Assembly: GCA_031258575.1 (NCBI GenBank)
Contig: JAIRMQ010000029.1
Span: 727 to 64,726 of the forward strand
Source: Holosporaceae bacterium
Lineage (GTDB): Bacteria; Pseudomonadota; Alphaproteobacteria; UBA3830
Reading direction: 5' to 3'
Length of the DNA stretch: 64,000 nucleotides
This document shows, one piece after another, positions 38,548-47,711 of the stretch; position 1 is the stretch's first letter, and every line of letters starts with the position of its first letter. The translations under genes were made by a program, and so were the position numbers. The notes under the pieces were generated by a model, which was given only the letters and a program-made list of their open reading frames with translations, was not told the DNA's origin and searched no databases.

Positions 38548-39606
38548 ATGCATGGTCATTTAAAATGCAATTCCGGAGGAAATTTGAGGAAAGTAGTTAT
38601 CTGTTCTGGAGGAACAGGAGGACATATGTTTCCCGCTTGCGCTTTGTTTCAGGCGATGCAGAAAAAAAAATACAATGTGACTGTTCTAACTGACACTAGA
38701 GGAAGTATTTTCTGCGACGATATATCAAAAAAGGTTATCATAAAAACGATCCGCCTTACGGACGGTTGGAAGACTATATCTTCGTTTTTATCCGTATTTC
38801 CTAAAATTATTAAATTTTTTCTAGAAAAAAGACCAGACATTATTATCGGATTCGGAGGAATTTTTACGATCATGCCATTAATTATTGCGAAAATTTTAGG
38901 TGTGAAAGTAGCTGTTTACGAACAAAATTCAGTTGCAGGAAAAGCTAATAAATTTATAGCAAAATTTGCCGATGTGAAGTTATCGTCCTTTGATTTAGGG
39001 AAGGGCTGGAAAGAAGTTCGTTCACCCGTTAGAAAAGAATTTCTTCAAAGCCAACCTTATAAATGTGAAGGGAAAATAAGAATACTTGTTATAGGAGGCA
39101 GTCAAGGCGCTGCTTCTTTTTATAAAATCATTCCGAAAGCTCTGAAATTTCTTTCGGAATCTGAGAGACAAAATCTGGAAATAGTGCAACAAGTAAGTTA
39201 TGGAAATCTAGAGGAACTTTCCCTTACATACAATAAACTCCAAGTGAAAGCAGATTTAAGGAGATTCCTCCACAATATAGCTGAAATTATGAATAATTCA
39301 GAACTGATAATTTGCAGATCGGGAGCATCTACTCTTTCTGAATTGGCAGCCACCGGTAGGCCGGCAATATTAATTCCTTACCCAAAATCAGCGGATAATC
39401 ATCAATTGAGTAATGCGCTTTATTATGAAAATAAAAAAGCAGCTTGGGTTTTAGAAGAAAATGGCGAAATCAGCGAGAATCTGGGAAAGATCATTCGAGA
39501 AGTCCTACTCGATAGAAAACTATTAAAAAATGCAGCTTTTCATATGAAAAATCTTGCGACTAGTCAGACAGTAGAAAACTTTATAGAATTAATCGAAACT
39601 GTTTAA
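38548..39606 (+). CDS. murG: UDP-N-acetylglucosamine:lipid I GlcNAc transferase
   Basis: GGTGGHMFPA, GGSQGA, RSGASTLSELAATGRPAILIPYP. The exact start is uncertain. Confidence 0.93.
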   Translation: MHGHLKCNSGGNLRKVVICSGGTGGHMFPACALFQAMQKKKYNVTVLTDTRGSIFCDDISKKVIIKTIRLTDGWKTISSFLSVFPKIIKFFLEKRPDIIIGFGGIFTIMPLIIAKILGVKVAVYEQNSVAGKANKFIAKFADVKLSSFDLGKGWKEVRSPVRKEFLQSQPYKCEGKIRILVIGGSQGAASFYKIIPKALKFLSESERQNLEIVQQVSYGNLEELSLTYNKLQVKADLRRFLHNIAEIMNNSELIICRSGASTLSELAATGRPAILIPYPKSADNHQLSNALYYENKKAAWVLEENGEISENLGKIIREVLLDRKLLKNAAFHMKNLATSQTVENFIELIETV

Positions 39607-39622
39607 AGAAAGGGTATTTAGG

Positions 39623-41044
39623 GTGAAAAAATTTCTAATTACTAACGGAGCAATTCATTTTATCGGTATTGGCGGAATAGGAATGAGCGGTATAGCAGAT
39701 ATACTTGTAAATCTGGGATACACAGTCAGTGGAAGTGATCTAAAAGAAAATTCAATGACAATCCGCCTCTCTCGGAAAGGCGTTGATATAAAAGTTGGGC
39801 ATAACGCTGAAAATATAAAAAAAGCTTCCGTTGTTGTTGTGTCATCAGCAATAGCGCAAGACAATCCGGAAATTTTAGCCGCTAGAAAACTCGGCATTCC
39901 GATAGTTAAAAGAGCAGAAATGCTAGCCGAGCTCATGAAAATGAAATTATCCATAGCGGTCGCTGGAACTCATGGAAAAACTACGACAACTTCGTTAATC
40001 GCTGCAGTGCTAGACCAAGCAAATCTAGATCCTACAGTGATAAATGGCGGAGTTATAAACGCTTACAACAGTAATGCTAGGTTAGGAACAGGAGATTGGA
40101 TTGTAGTAGAAGCAGACGAGTCCGATGGATCCTTTACTAAACTTATGTCCACAATCGCTGTTGTTACTAATATTAATTTTGATCACATCGATAATTTTAA
40201 AAATTTTTCTGAGTTGAGAGAGCTCTTTTCAAAATTTGTAGGCAATATTCCTTTTTATGGAACGGCGATTTTATGCGTGGATCATCCGGAAGTAGAAAAA
40301 ATATCAAAGGAAATAACTGATAGAAAAATTATTACCTACGGATTATCTCCGCAGGCATCGGTTTCATGCCGAAATATGAATCTATCGGCACAGGGTGCTG
40401 AATTCGATGTGTTTTTTTCTCAAGACATCGTAGATAGATATAAGCTTAGCTCAAATAAATGGAGTGCGTTTTCAATAACGATGCTTGGAGCGCATAATGT
40501 TCAAAATTCTCTGGCTGCAATATCTGCTGGTCTAGAATCATCAGTGTCGGAAGAAGACATCCGGGTTGCTCTTGGCTCTTTTTCTGGAGTTAAAAGAAGA
40601 TTTACAACCGTCGCAGAAATAAATGGAGTAAAAATAATCGACGATTATGCTCATCACCCTGTAGAAATTGATGCGGTTTTGAAAGCTGCGAAACATTCTT
40701 GCTCAGGAAGGATTTTCACTGTTATTCAGCCACACAGATACACTAGATTGAAGAATTTTTTGCCGGATTTTGCGAAAGTTCTAGAACGTAGCCACTATGT
40801 TTTTGTTGCTCCCATTTACACAGCAGGAGAACCAAACAATGGAGTAGATCATTTTTCTCTCCTCGATCTCTTAAAAAAGAATGGAAATGTCGAATCTGAA
40901 TTCGCGAGTAATTTACTAGAACTGAAGCATAAAATAGTGAAGAAAGTTCGCTCCGGAGACTTTGTTATTTTCCTAGGAGCAGGCGATATAACCCAGTGGG
41001 CTCATGGTTTTGCCGAAAATTTTGGAACTGAAGAGGAGAATTAA
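39623..41044 (+). CDS. murC: UDP-N-acetylmuramate--L-alanine ligase
   Basis: IHFIGIGGIGMSGIA, GTHGKTTTT, DDYAHHP. GTG start. Confidence 0.95.
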   Translation: MKKFLITNGAIHFIGIGGIGMSGIADILVNLGYTVSGSDLKENSMTIRLSRKGVDIKVGHNAENIKKASVVVVSSAIAQDNPEILAARKLGIPIVKRAEMLAELMKMKLSIAVAGTHGKTTTTSLIAAVLDQANLDPTVINGGVINAYNSNARLGTGDWIVVEADESDGSFTKLMSTIAVVTNINFDHIDNFKNFSELRELFSKFVGNIPFYGTAILCVDHPEVEKISKEITDRKIITYGLSPQASVSCRNMNLSAQGAEFDVFFSQDIVDRYKLSSNKWSAFSITMLGAHNVQNSLAAISAGLESSVSEEDIRVALGSFSGVKRRFTTVAEINGVKIIDDYAHHPVEIDAVLKAAKHSCSGRIFTVIQPHRYTRLKNFLPDFAKVLERSHYVFVAPIYTAGEPNNGVDHFSLLDLLKKNGNVESEFASNLLELKHKIVKKVRSGDFVIFLGAGDITQWAHGFAENFGTEEEN

Positions 41045-41949
41045 TGTCAATTATCAGTAAGCTTCCTCCCGTTAAAGGAGTATTACAAGAAAATGTTGAT
41101 CTAGGAAGAAAATCTTTTTTAGGAGTTAGCGGAACTGCTCAAATTTTATTTACTCCTACAGATATCGATGATTTAGTTTTTTTTCTAAGAAATTTGCCGA
41201 AAGATTTCCAAGTAACTGTACTTGGAGCGATGTCGAATATTCTAATTCGTTCGGGGGGAATACGAGGAATAGTTGTGGTGCTTGAAGAGGCATTTAATAA
41301 AATTTTCATAGAAGATAATGTTATAGAAGTTGGAGCTGCGGTTTTTTGTTCTAAATTATCTACTGCTGCTGCGAATCATGAACTCGGAGGACTTGAATTT
41401 TTGACAGGAATTCCAGGAATGATCGGCGGTGCTATAAAAATGAATGCTGGGTGTTACGGTGCAAATATTTCTGATATTTTTATAGAATGTGAAGGAGTTA
41501 ATCTGAGTGGACAAGTTAAGTGGTTTAATCCAGAAAACATAGAATTCGGTTATAGATCGTCGAGTGTTTCAGATGATATAATTATAACTCGTGCGTGGTT
41601 TCGCGGTATGCAGAACGTTGATTATATAATTTCCAAAAAGATGAATGAAATTTCTTCCAAACGCAAAAACAGTCAACCGTTGGATAAAAAATCATGCGGA
41701 TCGGCTTTTAAAAATCCGGATGGATATAAAGCATGGAAGTTAATTGAAGCGGCAGGATGCCGTGGAATGAAAGTTGGTGGAGCGTCCATTTCCGACAAGC
41801 ATTGTAATTTTATTATTAATTATGATAATGCTACGGCAAATGATGTGGAAGAGCTTGGAAACCGCGTTATTCAAAAAGTTCTAGAAAATTCAGGAATACG
41901 GCTAGAGTGGGAAATCGTTATTCTTGGTGATAAAGCTGCGCATGAATAG
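41044..41949 (+). CDS. murB: UDP-N-acetylenolpyruvoylglucosamine reductase
   Basis: FAD-binding N-domain (LGAMSNILIRSGGIRG), SCGSAFKNP, and the C-terminal GIRLEWEI. Confidence 0.93.
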   Translation: MSIISKLPPVKGVLQENVDLGRKSFLGVSGTAQILFTPTDIDDLVFFLRNLPKDFQVTVLGAMSNILIRSGGIRGIVVVLEEAFNKIFIEDNVIEVGAAVFCSKLSTAAANHELGGLEFLTGIPGMIGGAIKMNAGCYGANISDIFIECEGVNLSGQVKWFNPENIEFGYRSSSVSDDIIITRAWFRGMQNVDYIISKKMNEISSKRKNSQPLDKKSCGSAFKNPDGYKAWKLIEAAGCRGMKVGGASISDKHCNFIINYDNATANDVEELGNRVIQKVLENSGIRLEWEIVILGDKAAHE

Positions 41950-42682
41950 TACTACTTTACAGGTACCTTTTATACTCAAAAGTAATTTATTTTGGCTGAT
42001 CATATTTTCCGTAGTTGTATTCATGGGATGGTACCTTTATGGCAATACCATAATAAAATCCGAGGGTACAATTTTTAGCATAAAAAAAATAGAACTCGAT
42101 GGGAATGAAAGAGTTCCAGATATTCTTTTGAAAAAAACATCAGGATTACGCTGTAAAGCTAACATACTATCGTTTTCTGTAAATGATGTAAAAAAGAAGT
42201 TAGAAAATATTGCCTGGGTAAAAAATGCTATTGTTCAAAAAAAACTACCAGATACTGTTAACGTAAGAATTGCAGAAAGAACTCCAATAGCGATTTTGCA
42301 ATCAAATTACAAATTATACCTAATTGATACTGACGGTAAAATTCTAGAGCACGATGGTATTGGTAATTTTAGTAATCTTCCAATTGTAGTAGGAGAAAGA
42401 GCGGAAAAAGAAATCTCCAAGCTTCTCCTATATCTTGATAAATTCCCTAAAATTAGAAAACAGCTTATATTCGCAGTTCGTATTGGAAAAAGAAGATGGA
42501 ACATAAAAATAAATAAGGGAATCACGGTAAGGCTTCCGGAAAGAGGAGTTTTACATGCGCTCAATATCTTGGAAGAAATTTCAGATGGACAAGGATTTTT
42601 TTACGACGATATATCCGTAATTGATTTGCGTATGCTAGATCGTGTTATCATTACTAAGAAAAATACAAATGAAATTAGATAA
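41942..42682 (+). CDS. ftsQ: Cell division protein FtsQ
   Basis: TM anchor followed by POTRA-like IKKIELDGNERVP... and the FtsQ beta-domain. ATG 41942 overlaps the murB stop and is preferred over TTG 41924. Confidence 0.85.
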   Translation: MNSTTLQVPFILKSNLFWLIIFSVVVFMGWYLYGNTIIKSEGTIFSIKKIELDGNERVPDILLKKTSGLRCKANILSFSVNDVKKKLENIAWVKNAIVQKKLPDTVNVRIAERTPIAILQSNYKLYLIDTDGKILEHDGIGNFSNLPIVVGERAEKEISKLLLYLDKFPKIRKQLIFAVRIGKRRWNIKINKGITVRLPERGVLHALNILEEISDGQGFFYDDISVIDLRMLDRVIITKKNTNEIR

Positions 42683-43883
42683 TATTATTGCGGTTTTAGA
42701 TATAGGCAGCACCAAAGTATGTTGCTGTATCGCTCATGTTTTCAATAACGGAAGTTATAAAATAATTGGAGCTGGATATTGCGCATGCTTCGGTGTTAAA
42801 TCGGGAATAATTGTTGATATCGAGTCCGCCAAAAAATCGATAACTGTAGCAGTAGAATCTGCTGAAAAAATGGCTAATGTCAGAATAAAATCTGTCTATG
42901 TAAATATTTCCGGAAAAAATGTTGAAACTAGTATAATAAATGTCAGTTTAAATATTGGAGGAAGGATTATTAAAAATGGAGACATCGTCCATCTATTATC
43001 TTATAGCGGAGAAAAAAACGGAGAAAAAGAAGTTATTCACTCTATTCCTGTTCTCTATAGCGTAGATTCTTTAAATGGAATTAAAAATCCAATTGGAATG
43101 ATTGCCGATAAGCTAAATGTTCATCTTAATTTGGTAACTGCTCCGAAAGCGCAGCTGAATAATTTACAAATATGCTTGGCGCATTGTCATTTGGATACGG
43201 CGGGAATCGTCGCGTCTATTTATGCTGCCGGATTGTATTTAATCGACAAAAATGAAGCTATGAGCAATCAGATAGTTATTGATCTGGGCGGAGAAACTAC
43301 TTCTATTGGTTTCTTTTATAACGGAATATTTAGCGGTATGAAGACTATTCCGTTTGGAGGAGAAAACATTACAAGAGATATAGCATATGGACTGAGTACG
43401 TCAATTGCAAATGCGGAAAGATTAAAGACCCTGCATGGAGCAGCTTTCGTATCTATTACCGATAAAAGTGACACAATATTTGTTCCAGTAAATGAGCATG
43501 ACGATCTTATAAATCTTCAGCAGATTTCTAAAAGCAATCTCAATCAAATTATACAGCCGCGAATTCGTGAAATTCTCACAATAGTTAAAAATAGCATCGG
43601 GAACTCTAATTTCACTAACAGTTTTTCTGATGAAATTATTATAACCGGTGGAGGAAGTGCATTATCTGGAATAAAGGATTTTTCCGGAGAAATTCTTAAT
43701 AAAAAGATAAAAATAAAAGATAACTTTGAAGATGCCGCTGGCATGCCAATAGGAAATAACTTTACTGTCGCTCTTGGCATGATTAAATTTGCACATTTAA
43801 GCGATAAAAAATATTCAGTGAAAAATAAGGAAAAGCGCAGTTTTATAAAAAAAACATTAGAATGGATTGAAAATAACTTGTAA
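42669..43883 (+). CDS. ftsA: Cell division protein FtsA
   Basis: Actin-fold motifs LDIGSTKV and DLGGETTS, plus ITGGGSALSG. ATG 42669 is preferred over the upstream GTG. Confidence 0.93.
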   Translation: MKLDNIIAVLDIGSTKVCCCIAHVFNNGSYKIIGAGYCACFGVKSGIIVDIESAKKSITVAVESAEKMANVRIKSVYVNISGKNVETSIINVSLNIGGRIIKNGDIVHLLSYSGEKNGEKEVIHSIPVLYSVDSLNGIKNPIGMIADKLNVHLNLVTAPKAQLNNLQICLAHCHLDTAGIVASIYAAGLYLIDKNEAMSNQIVIDLGGETTSIGFFYNGIFSGMKTIPFGGENITRDIAYGLSTSIANAERLKTLHGAAFVSITDKSDTIFVPVNEHDDLINLQQISKSNLNQIIQPRIREILTIVKNSIGNSNFTNSFSDEIIITGGGSALSGIKDFSGEILNKKIKIKDNFEDAAGMPIGNNFTVALGMIKFAHLSDKKYSVKNKEKRSFIKKTLEWIENNL

Positions 43884-43938
43884 GAAAAAAAGCATTTTTG
43901 TAGTATGATCCACGAAATTAAAGGAAGGATACCAAGAA

Positions 43939-45288
43939 ATGGCGGATGAGTCTGCTGTCGGAAATCAAGAAGATAAGGGCACCCAGGTGGACCTTTTGAA
44001 TCACAGTACTTTTCCCGGAGATGGTTATTTAAAACCGAAGATAACGGTTGTTGGTGTCGGGGGCGCTGGTGGCAACGCAGTTAATAACATGATAAAAGCG
44101 AATCTTGAGGGAGTCGATTTTGTAGTTGCGAATACTGATTCTCAAGCTTTGTTACAGTCATTATGCGAGAGAAGATTGCAGCTTGGGCTTGAAATAACCG
44201 GAGGATTAGGAGCGGGAGCAAGGCCTGACGTTGGAAAAGCCTCTGCAGAAGAGGTTGTGGATGATATTGTATCTTATGTAAAAAATAGTAATATGGTTTT
44301 TATTACTGCTGGAATGGGAGGCGGAACTGGAACTGGAGCAGCTCCTGTAATAGCAAGAATTGCAAAGGAGCATGGTGTTTTAACCATCGGAGTTATAACG
44401 AAGCCTTTCCATTTTGAGGGCACTAGCAGAATGCGTACAGCTGAAAAAGGAATTGACGAATTACAGCAATATGTTGATACTTTAATTGTTATTCCAAACC
44501 AAAATTTATTTCGAGTGGCTAATGAAAAAACAACTTTTGCTGATGCATTCAAAATGGCGGACGATGTTCTTAGAGCTGGAGTGCAAGGTGTCACTGATTT
44601 AATGGTGATGCCTGGTCTAATAAATCTTGATTTCGCAGATATAAAGACTGTTATGAGCGAAATGGGAAAAGCGATGATGGGGACTGGAGATGCCGAGGGA
44701 GAAAGAAGAGCAATCGAAGCGGCCGAAGCAGCCATTTCGAATCCTTTGCTTGACGATGTATCCATGAAAGGAGCGCGAGGGATTCTCATTAATATTACCG
44801 GTGGCTATGACATGACTCTATATGAAGTAGATGAAGCAGCTAATAGAATTAGAGAAGAGGTAGATCCAGAAGCAAATATAATATTCGGATCCACGTTTAG
44901 TGAGAAGATGAACGGGCGTATGCGAGTCTCGGTTGTTGCAACTGGGATTGATGCTGCCGCTGTTAAGCAAAAAAAGCAGACTTACGAGGCGATGATAGCA
45001 TCTCATGATATTCATGGGGCTTCACAATCCTCGGCCTTTTCAACAGATAAGGCTACTTCTGAAAAAAAAGAGGCTCCTATTTTGGAAGTTGTTAGAAATG
45101 ATGCTATTGATCAGGAAAGCTCTTTCTCGAAGAAGAAATCTCCTTCTCTATTCGAGCGTTTAACGGGTATAAAAAAACCGTTTACTTCGGATAAAAAAGA
45201 GGAATTTCTTGTGCCACAATTAGAAAAAGAAGGAAAAGCGCAGGAAGAGGATTTAGAAATTCCTGCTTTTTTGCGCAAAAACAGTTAA
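43939..45288 (+). CDS. ftsZ: Cell division protein FtsZ
   Basis: [13 protein letters not shown], tubulin signature [20 protein letters not shown], and the C-terminal peptide [10 protein letters not shown]. Confidence 0.98.
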   Translation: MADESAVGNQEDKGTQVDLLNHSTFPGDGYLKPKITVVGVGGAGGNAVNNMIKANLEGVDFVVANTDSQALLQSLCERRLQLGLEITGGLGAGARPDVGKASAEEVVDDIVSYVKNSNMVFITAGMGGGTGTGAAPVIARIAKEHGVLTIGVITKPFHFEGTSRMRTAEKGIDELQQYVDTLIVIPNQNLFRVANEKTTFADAFKMADDVLRAGVQGVTDLMVMPGLINLDFADIKTVMSEMGKAMMGTGDAEGERRAIEAAEAAISNPLLDDVSMKGARGILINITGGYDMTLYEVDEAANRIREEVDPEANIIFGSTFSEKMNGRMRVSVVATGIDAAAVKQKKQTYEAMIASHDIHGASQSSAFSTDKATSEKKEAPILEVVRNDAIDQESSFSKKKSPSLFERLTGIKKPFTSDKKEEFLVPQLEKEGKAQEEDLEIPAFLRKNS

Positions 45289-45319
45289 AATATAGGATTT
45301 ATACCCGTCTTATTCTTTG

Positions 45320-45348
45320 TTGTAATAAATATCGTGGTACAGTATAAT
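45320..45348 (+). promoter_or_regulatory. Sigma-70-type promoter candidate for the ferredoxin-secG-kdsA-ftsB cluster
   Basis: TTGTAA (45320-45325), a 17-nt spacer, then TATAAT (45343-45348). Confidence 0.4.
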
Positions 45349-45349
45349 T

Positions 45350-45541
45350 TTGCCGGAATGTTTGGGAGAAAATGTTTTGAAAGTGAACTTAGAGAAATGT
45401 AAAAGATGCTTAGTTTGCGTAGGTGTTTGTCCTGTTAAGGCAATTTCCATTAAGGGTGAAAATGCTGAGATAGATAAGGATATATGTATTGGATGCGGTT
45501 GTTGCGCTTCCTCTTGCCCAAATTCCGCGATAGATGAATAG
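45350..45541 (+). CDS. Small 2x[4Fe-4S] ferredoxin
   Basis: Two cluster motifs, CKRCLVCVGVCP and CIGCGCCASSCP. The true start is probably the downstream TTG 45377 or GTG 45383, which follow GGGAGA. The candidate -10 box ends only 2 nt before the track start. Confidence 0.8.
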   Translation: MPECLGENVLKVNLEKCKRCLVCVGVCPVKAISIKGENAEIDKDICIGCGCCASSCPNSAIDE

Positions 45542-45549
45542 GAATTAAA

Positions 45550-45936
45550 GTGTTATCTTTTCTATTAGCTGTACATTTTGTTTTAACTATCTCGATTATA
45601 GGTTTGATTTTACTGCAGAAGCATGATTCAGACGGAGCGCTTGGGTCTTCTGGAGGAAGTGCGGCAAGTGGTATGTTTTCCGTGAGAGGGCAAGCGAACC
45701 TATTAACACGGTCTACTGCGGTCCTCATGACAATATTTATTCTGAATTGCTTATTGATGGCCAAGATTGTTAAAACAGCGCCGCGAAAAGAATCAATTAT
45801 AGATAAAGTTGCACAAGAAAGTATAAATGCGAAGAAAGCAGATGATTCCGCCAATAAAGAAGTTTCTTTTCCTAGTAAAAAAGATTCTTTGCCAATGCAG
45901 TCGGATGAAAAGGCATCTGGTCCTAAGAAAAAATGA
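45550..45936 (+). CDS. secG: Preprotein translocase subunit SecG
   Basis: Two TM helices flank a Gly/Ser-rich loop (ILLQKHDSDGALGSSGGSAASGMFSVRGQANLLTR). GTG start. Confidence 0.88.
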   Translation: MLSFLLAVHFVLTISIIGLILLQKHDSDGALGSSGGSAASGMFSVRGQANLLTRSTAVLMTIFILNCLLMAKIVKTAPRKESIIDKVAQESINAKKADDSANKEVSFPSKKDSLPMQSDEKASGPKKK

Positions 45937-46790
45937 AGGGCTTTCCAGAAAAAATCATTCGTTTAGGTGACTTTTCAATATCTAACGAGTTTCCCATGAT
46001 GCTTATAGCTGGCCCTTGCGCTCTGGAAGGTCGAGATATGGCCTTTAGGATTGCTGAGCACCTAGTAAAAGTGACAGATGAACTAAAAGTTCCTTTTGTT
46101 TTTAAAGCATCTTTTGATAAAGCTAATCGCACTAGTTTGAATTCCAAACGAGGAGTTCAAATGGATCAAGCTTTGCGTATTTTCCAAGATTTAAAGAAAG
46201 ATTTCAAATGTCCAATAATAACCGATGTTCATGACGCCTGCCAATGCGGGCCTGTATCTGAGGTGGTCGATATTTTGCAAATTCCTGCTTTTTTATGTCG
46301 CCAGACAGATTTGTTAGTTGCAGCAGCTCTGACTCAAAAAGTTATTAACATTAAAAAAGGTCAATTTCTTGCTCCCTGGGATATGGAAAATGTCTGTAAG
46401 AAAGTAAGCGGTTCTGGTAATGAAAAAATAGTGCTTTGTGAACGTGGCGCATGTTTTGGGTATAATCAGTTAGTAACCGATATGAGATCATTAAAAATTA
46501 TGCAAACTTTCGGATATCCGGTTATTTTTGATGCAACGCATTCTGTTCAATCTCCTGGAGGTTTGGGGGATTCAAGTGGAGGAAATAGAGATCATATCGA
46601 ATTATTATCAAGAGGAGCAGTTTCTATTGGGATTGCTGGCGTATTTATCGAAACGCACTTTGACCCCAAAAATGCCTATTCTGATGGGCCGAACATGGTT
46701 CCGCTCCATGCGGTAAGGAATTTCCTGATGAATATCAAAAAAATTGATGAATTAGCCAAAGAAATGAGATATATCGATATGTCCTGTTAA
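45933..46790 (+). CDS. kdsA: 3-deoxy-8-phosphooctulonate (Kdo-8-P) synthase
   Basis: IAGPCALE, FKASFDKANRTS, PAFLCRQTDLL, DATHSVQ. Confidence 0.95.
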   Translation: MKGFPEKIIRLGDFSISNEFPMMLIAGPCALEGRDMAFRIAEHLVKVTDELKVPFVFKASFDKANRTSLNSKRGVQMDQALRIFQDLKKDFKCPIITDVHDACQCGPVSEVVDILQIPAFLCRQTDLLVAAALTQKVINIKKGQFLAPWDMENVCKKVSGSGNEKIVLCERGACFGYNQLVTDMRSLKIMQTFGYPVIFDATHSVQSPGGLGDSSGGNRDHIELLSRGAVSIGIAGVFIETHFDPKNAYSDGPNMVPLHAVRNFLMNIKKIDELAKEMRYIDMSC

Positions 46791-47114
46791 ATGTCATTAT
46801 ATCCTATATCTCTAAGAAAAAGTTTTAGACTAATAGCATCGAATGTCGTTTGGATCTTTATCGCCGGATACTTCATTTTTCATATTTTTGTTGGAGCTAG
46901 AGGCACTGTTTCCTGGGCAAAATTAAGTAAAGAAGTAGAAACGTTAGAAGAAGAATTGCGTGAACTAAAAGAAGAAAATGATTTTTTAGAAAATAAAATC
47001 AATTTTATGCGTTCAGATAATCTGGATCTGGACCTTTTAGAAGAAGAGGCTCAGAATAGCCTTGGTTTTTCATACGATAACGACATAATCGTTCTCCTAC
47101 CAAGAGGAGAATAG
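46791..47114 (+). CDS. ftsB: Septum formation initiator (FtsB/DivIC family)
   Basis: 107 aa with an N-terminal TM helix and a leucine-zipper-like coiled coil (LEEELRELKEENDFLENKINFMRSD). Confidence 0.7.
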   Translation: MSLYPISLRKSFRLIASNVVWIFIAGYFIFHIFVGARGTVSWAKLSKEVETLEEELRELKEENDFLENKINFMRSDNLDLDLLEEEAQNSLGFSYDNDIIVLLPRGE

Positions 47115-47273
47115 CCAAAAAAGCGCCGTACTATCGGATTTTCAAAATTCCCTCTCCCACAGCCAAAAAACTAATAGTAATTCCGAATAAAACAGGTTCC
47201 CTGTCAGCAGCAATATTAATTGCATAAAACAAATCTTTCAGATAGTATGCAGCGAATAATTTCAGGGGTTTTT

Positions 47274-47711
47274 ATGAACAAAAAGAACAAGCAGCAGGCT
47301 TTGGGAATAATAGCGCAGCATATCAAAGATTTGTCATTTGAAAATATTAGTTCTTTCCCAATGTCTGCAGAACCCCAGCCACAAATAGATGTGCAGATGA
47401 AAGTGGATATCGAAAAAAATAACGAAAATTATAATATTTCGCTAATCACAAAAATAGAGGCAAAATTGGAAAAACCTCTCTTTATTCTGGAGTTAAACTA
47501 TAGCGGAGTTTTCGTAGTTGAAGGTTTTCCTGAAAACATGCTAAATCCCATTCTCTATATTGAATGCCCAAGACTGCTTTTTCCTTTTGCGCGCAGTATT
47601 ATCGCAAGCACAGTCACTGAAGGAGGATTTCCTCCTCTTTATTTAGCTCCGGTTAATTTTGCAGAACTGTATCAGCAACAGCAAGAATCAAAAAAACAAA
47701 CTTTACAGTAA
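47274..47711 (+). CDS. secB: Protein-export chaperone SecB
   Basis: IAQHIKDLSFEN, ECPRLLFPFARSIIASTVTEGGFPPLYLAPVNF. ATG 47274 is preferred over the upstream TTG. Confidence 0.88.
   Translation: MNKKNKQQALGIIAQHIKDLSFENISSFPMSAEPQPQIDVQMKVDIEKNNENYNISLITKIEAKLEKPLFILELNYSGVFVVEGFPENMLNPILYIECPRLLFPFARSIIASTVTEGGFPPLYLAPVNFAELYQQQQESKKQTLQ

Noticed and set aside
44274-44789. 171-aa antisense ORF inside ftsZ, plus similar antisense ORFs (for example 20955-21419, 60295-60819, 35573-35977, 36434-36889, 15954-16349)
   Set aside because: All are fully embedded opposite confidently identified genes. They show low-complexity composition and have no recognisable motifs, which are typical properties of shadow ORFs.
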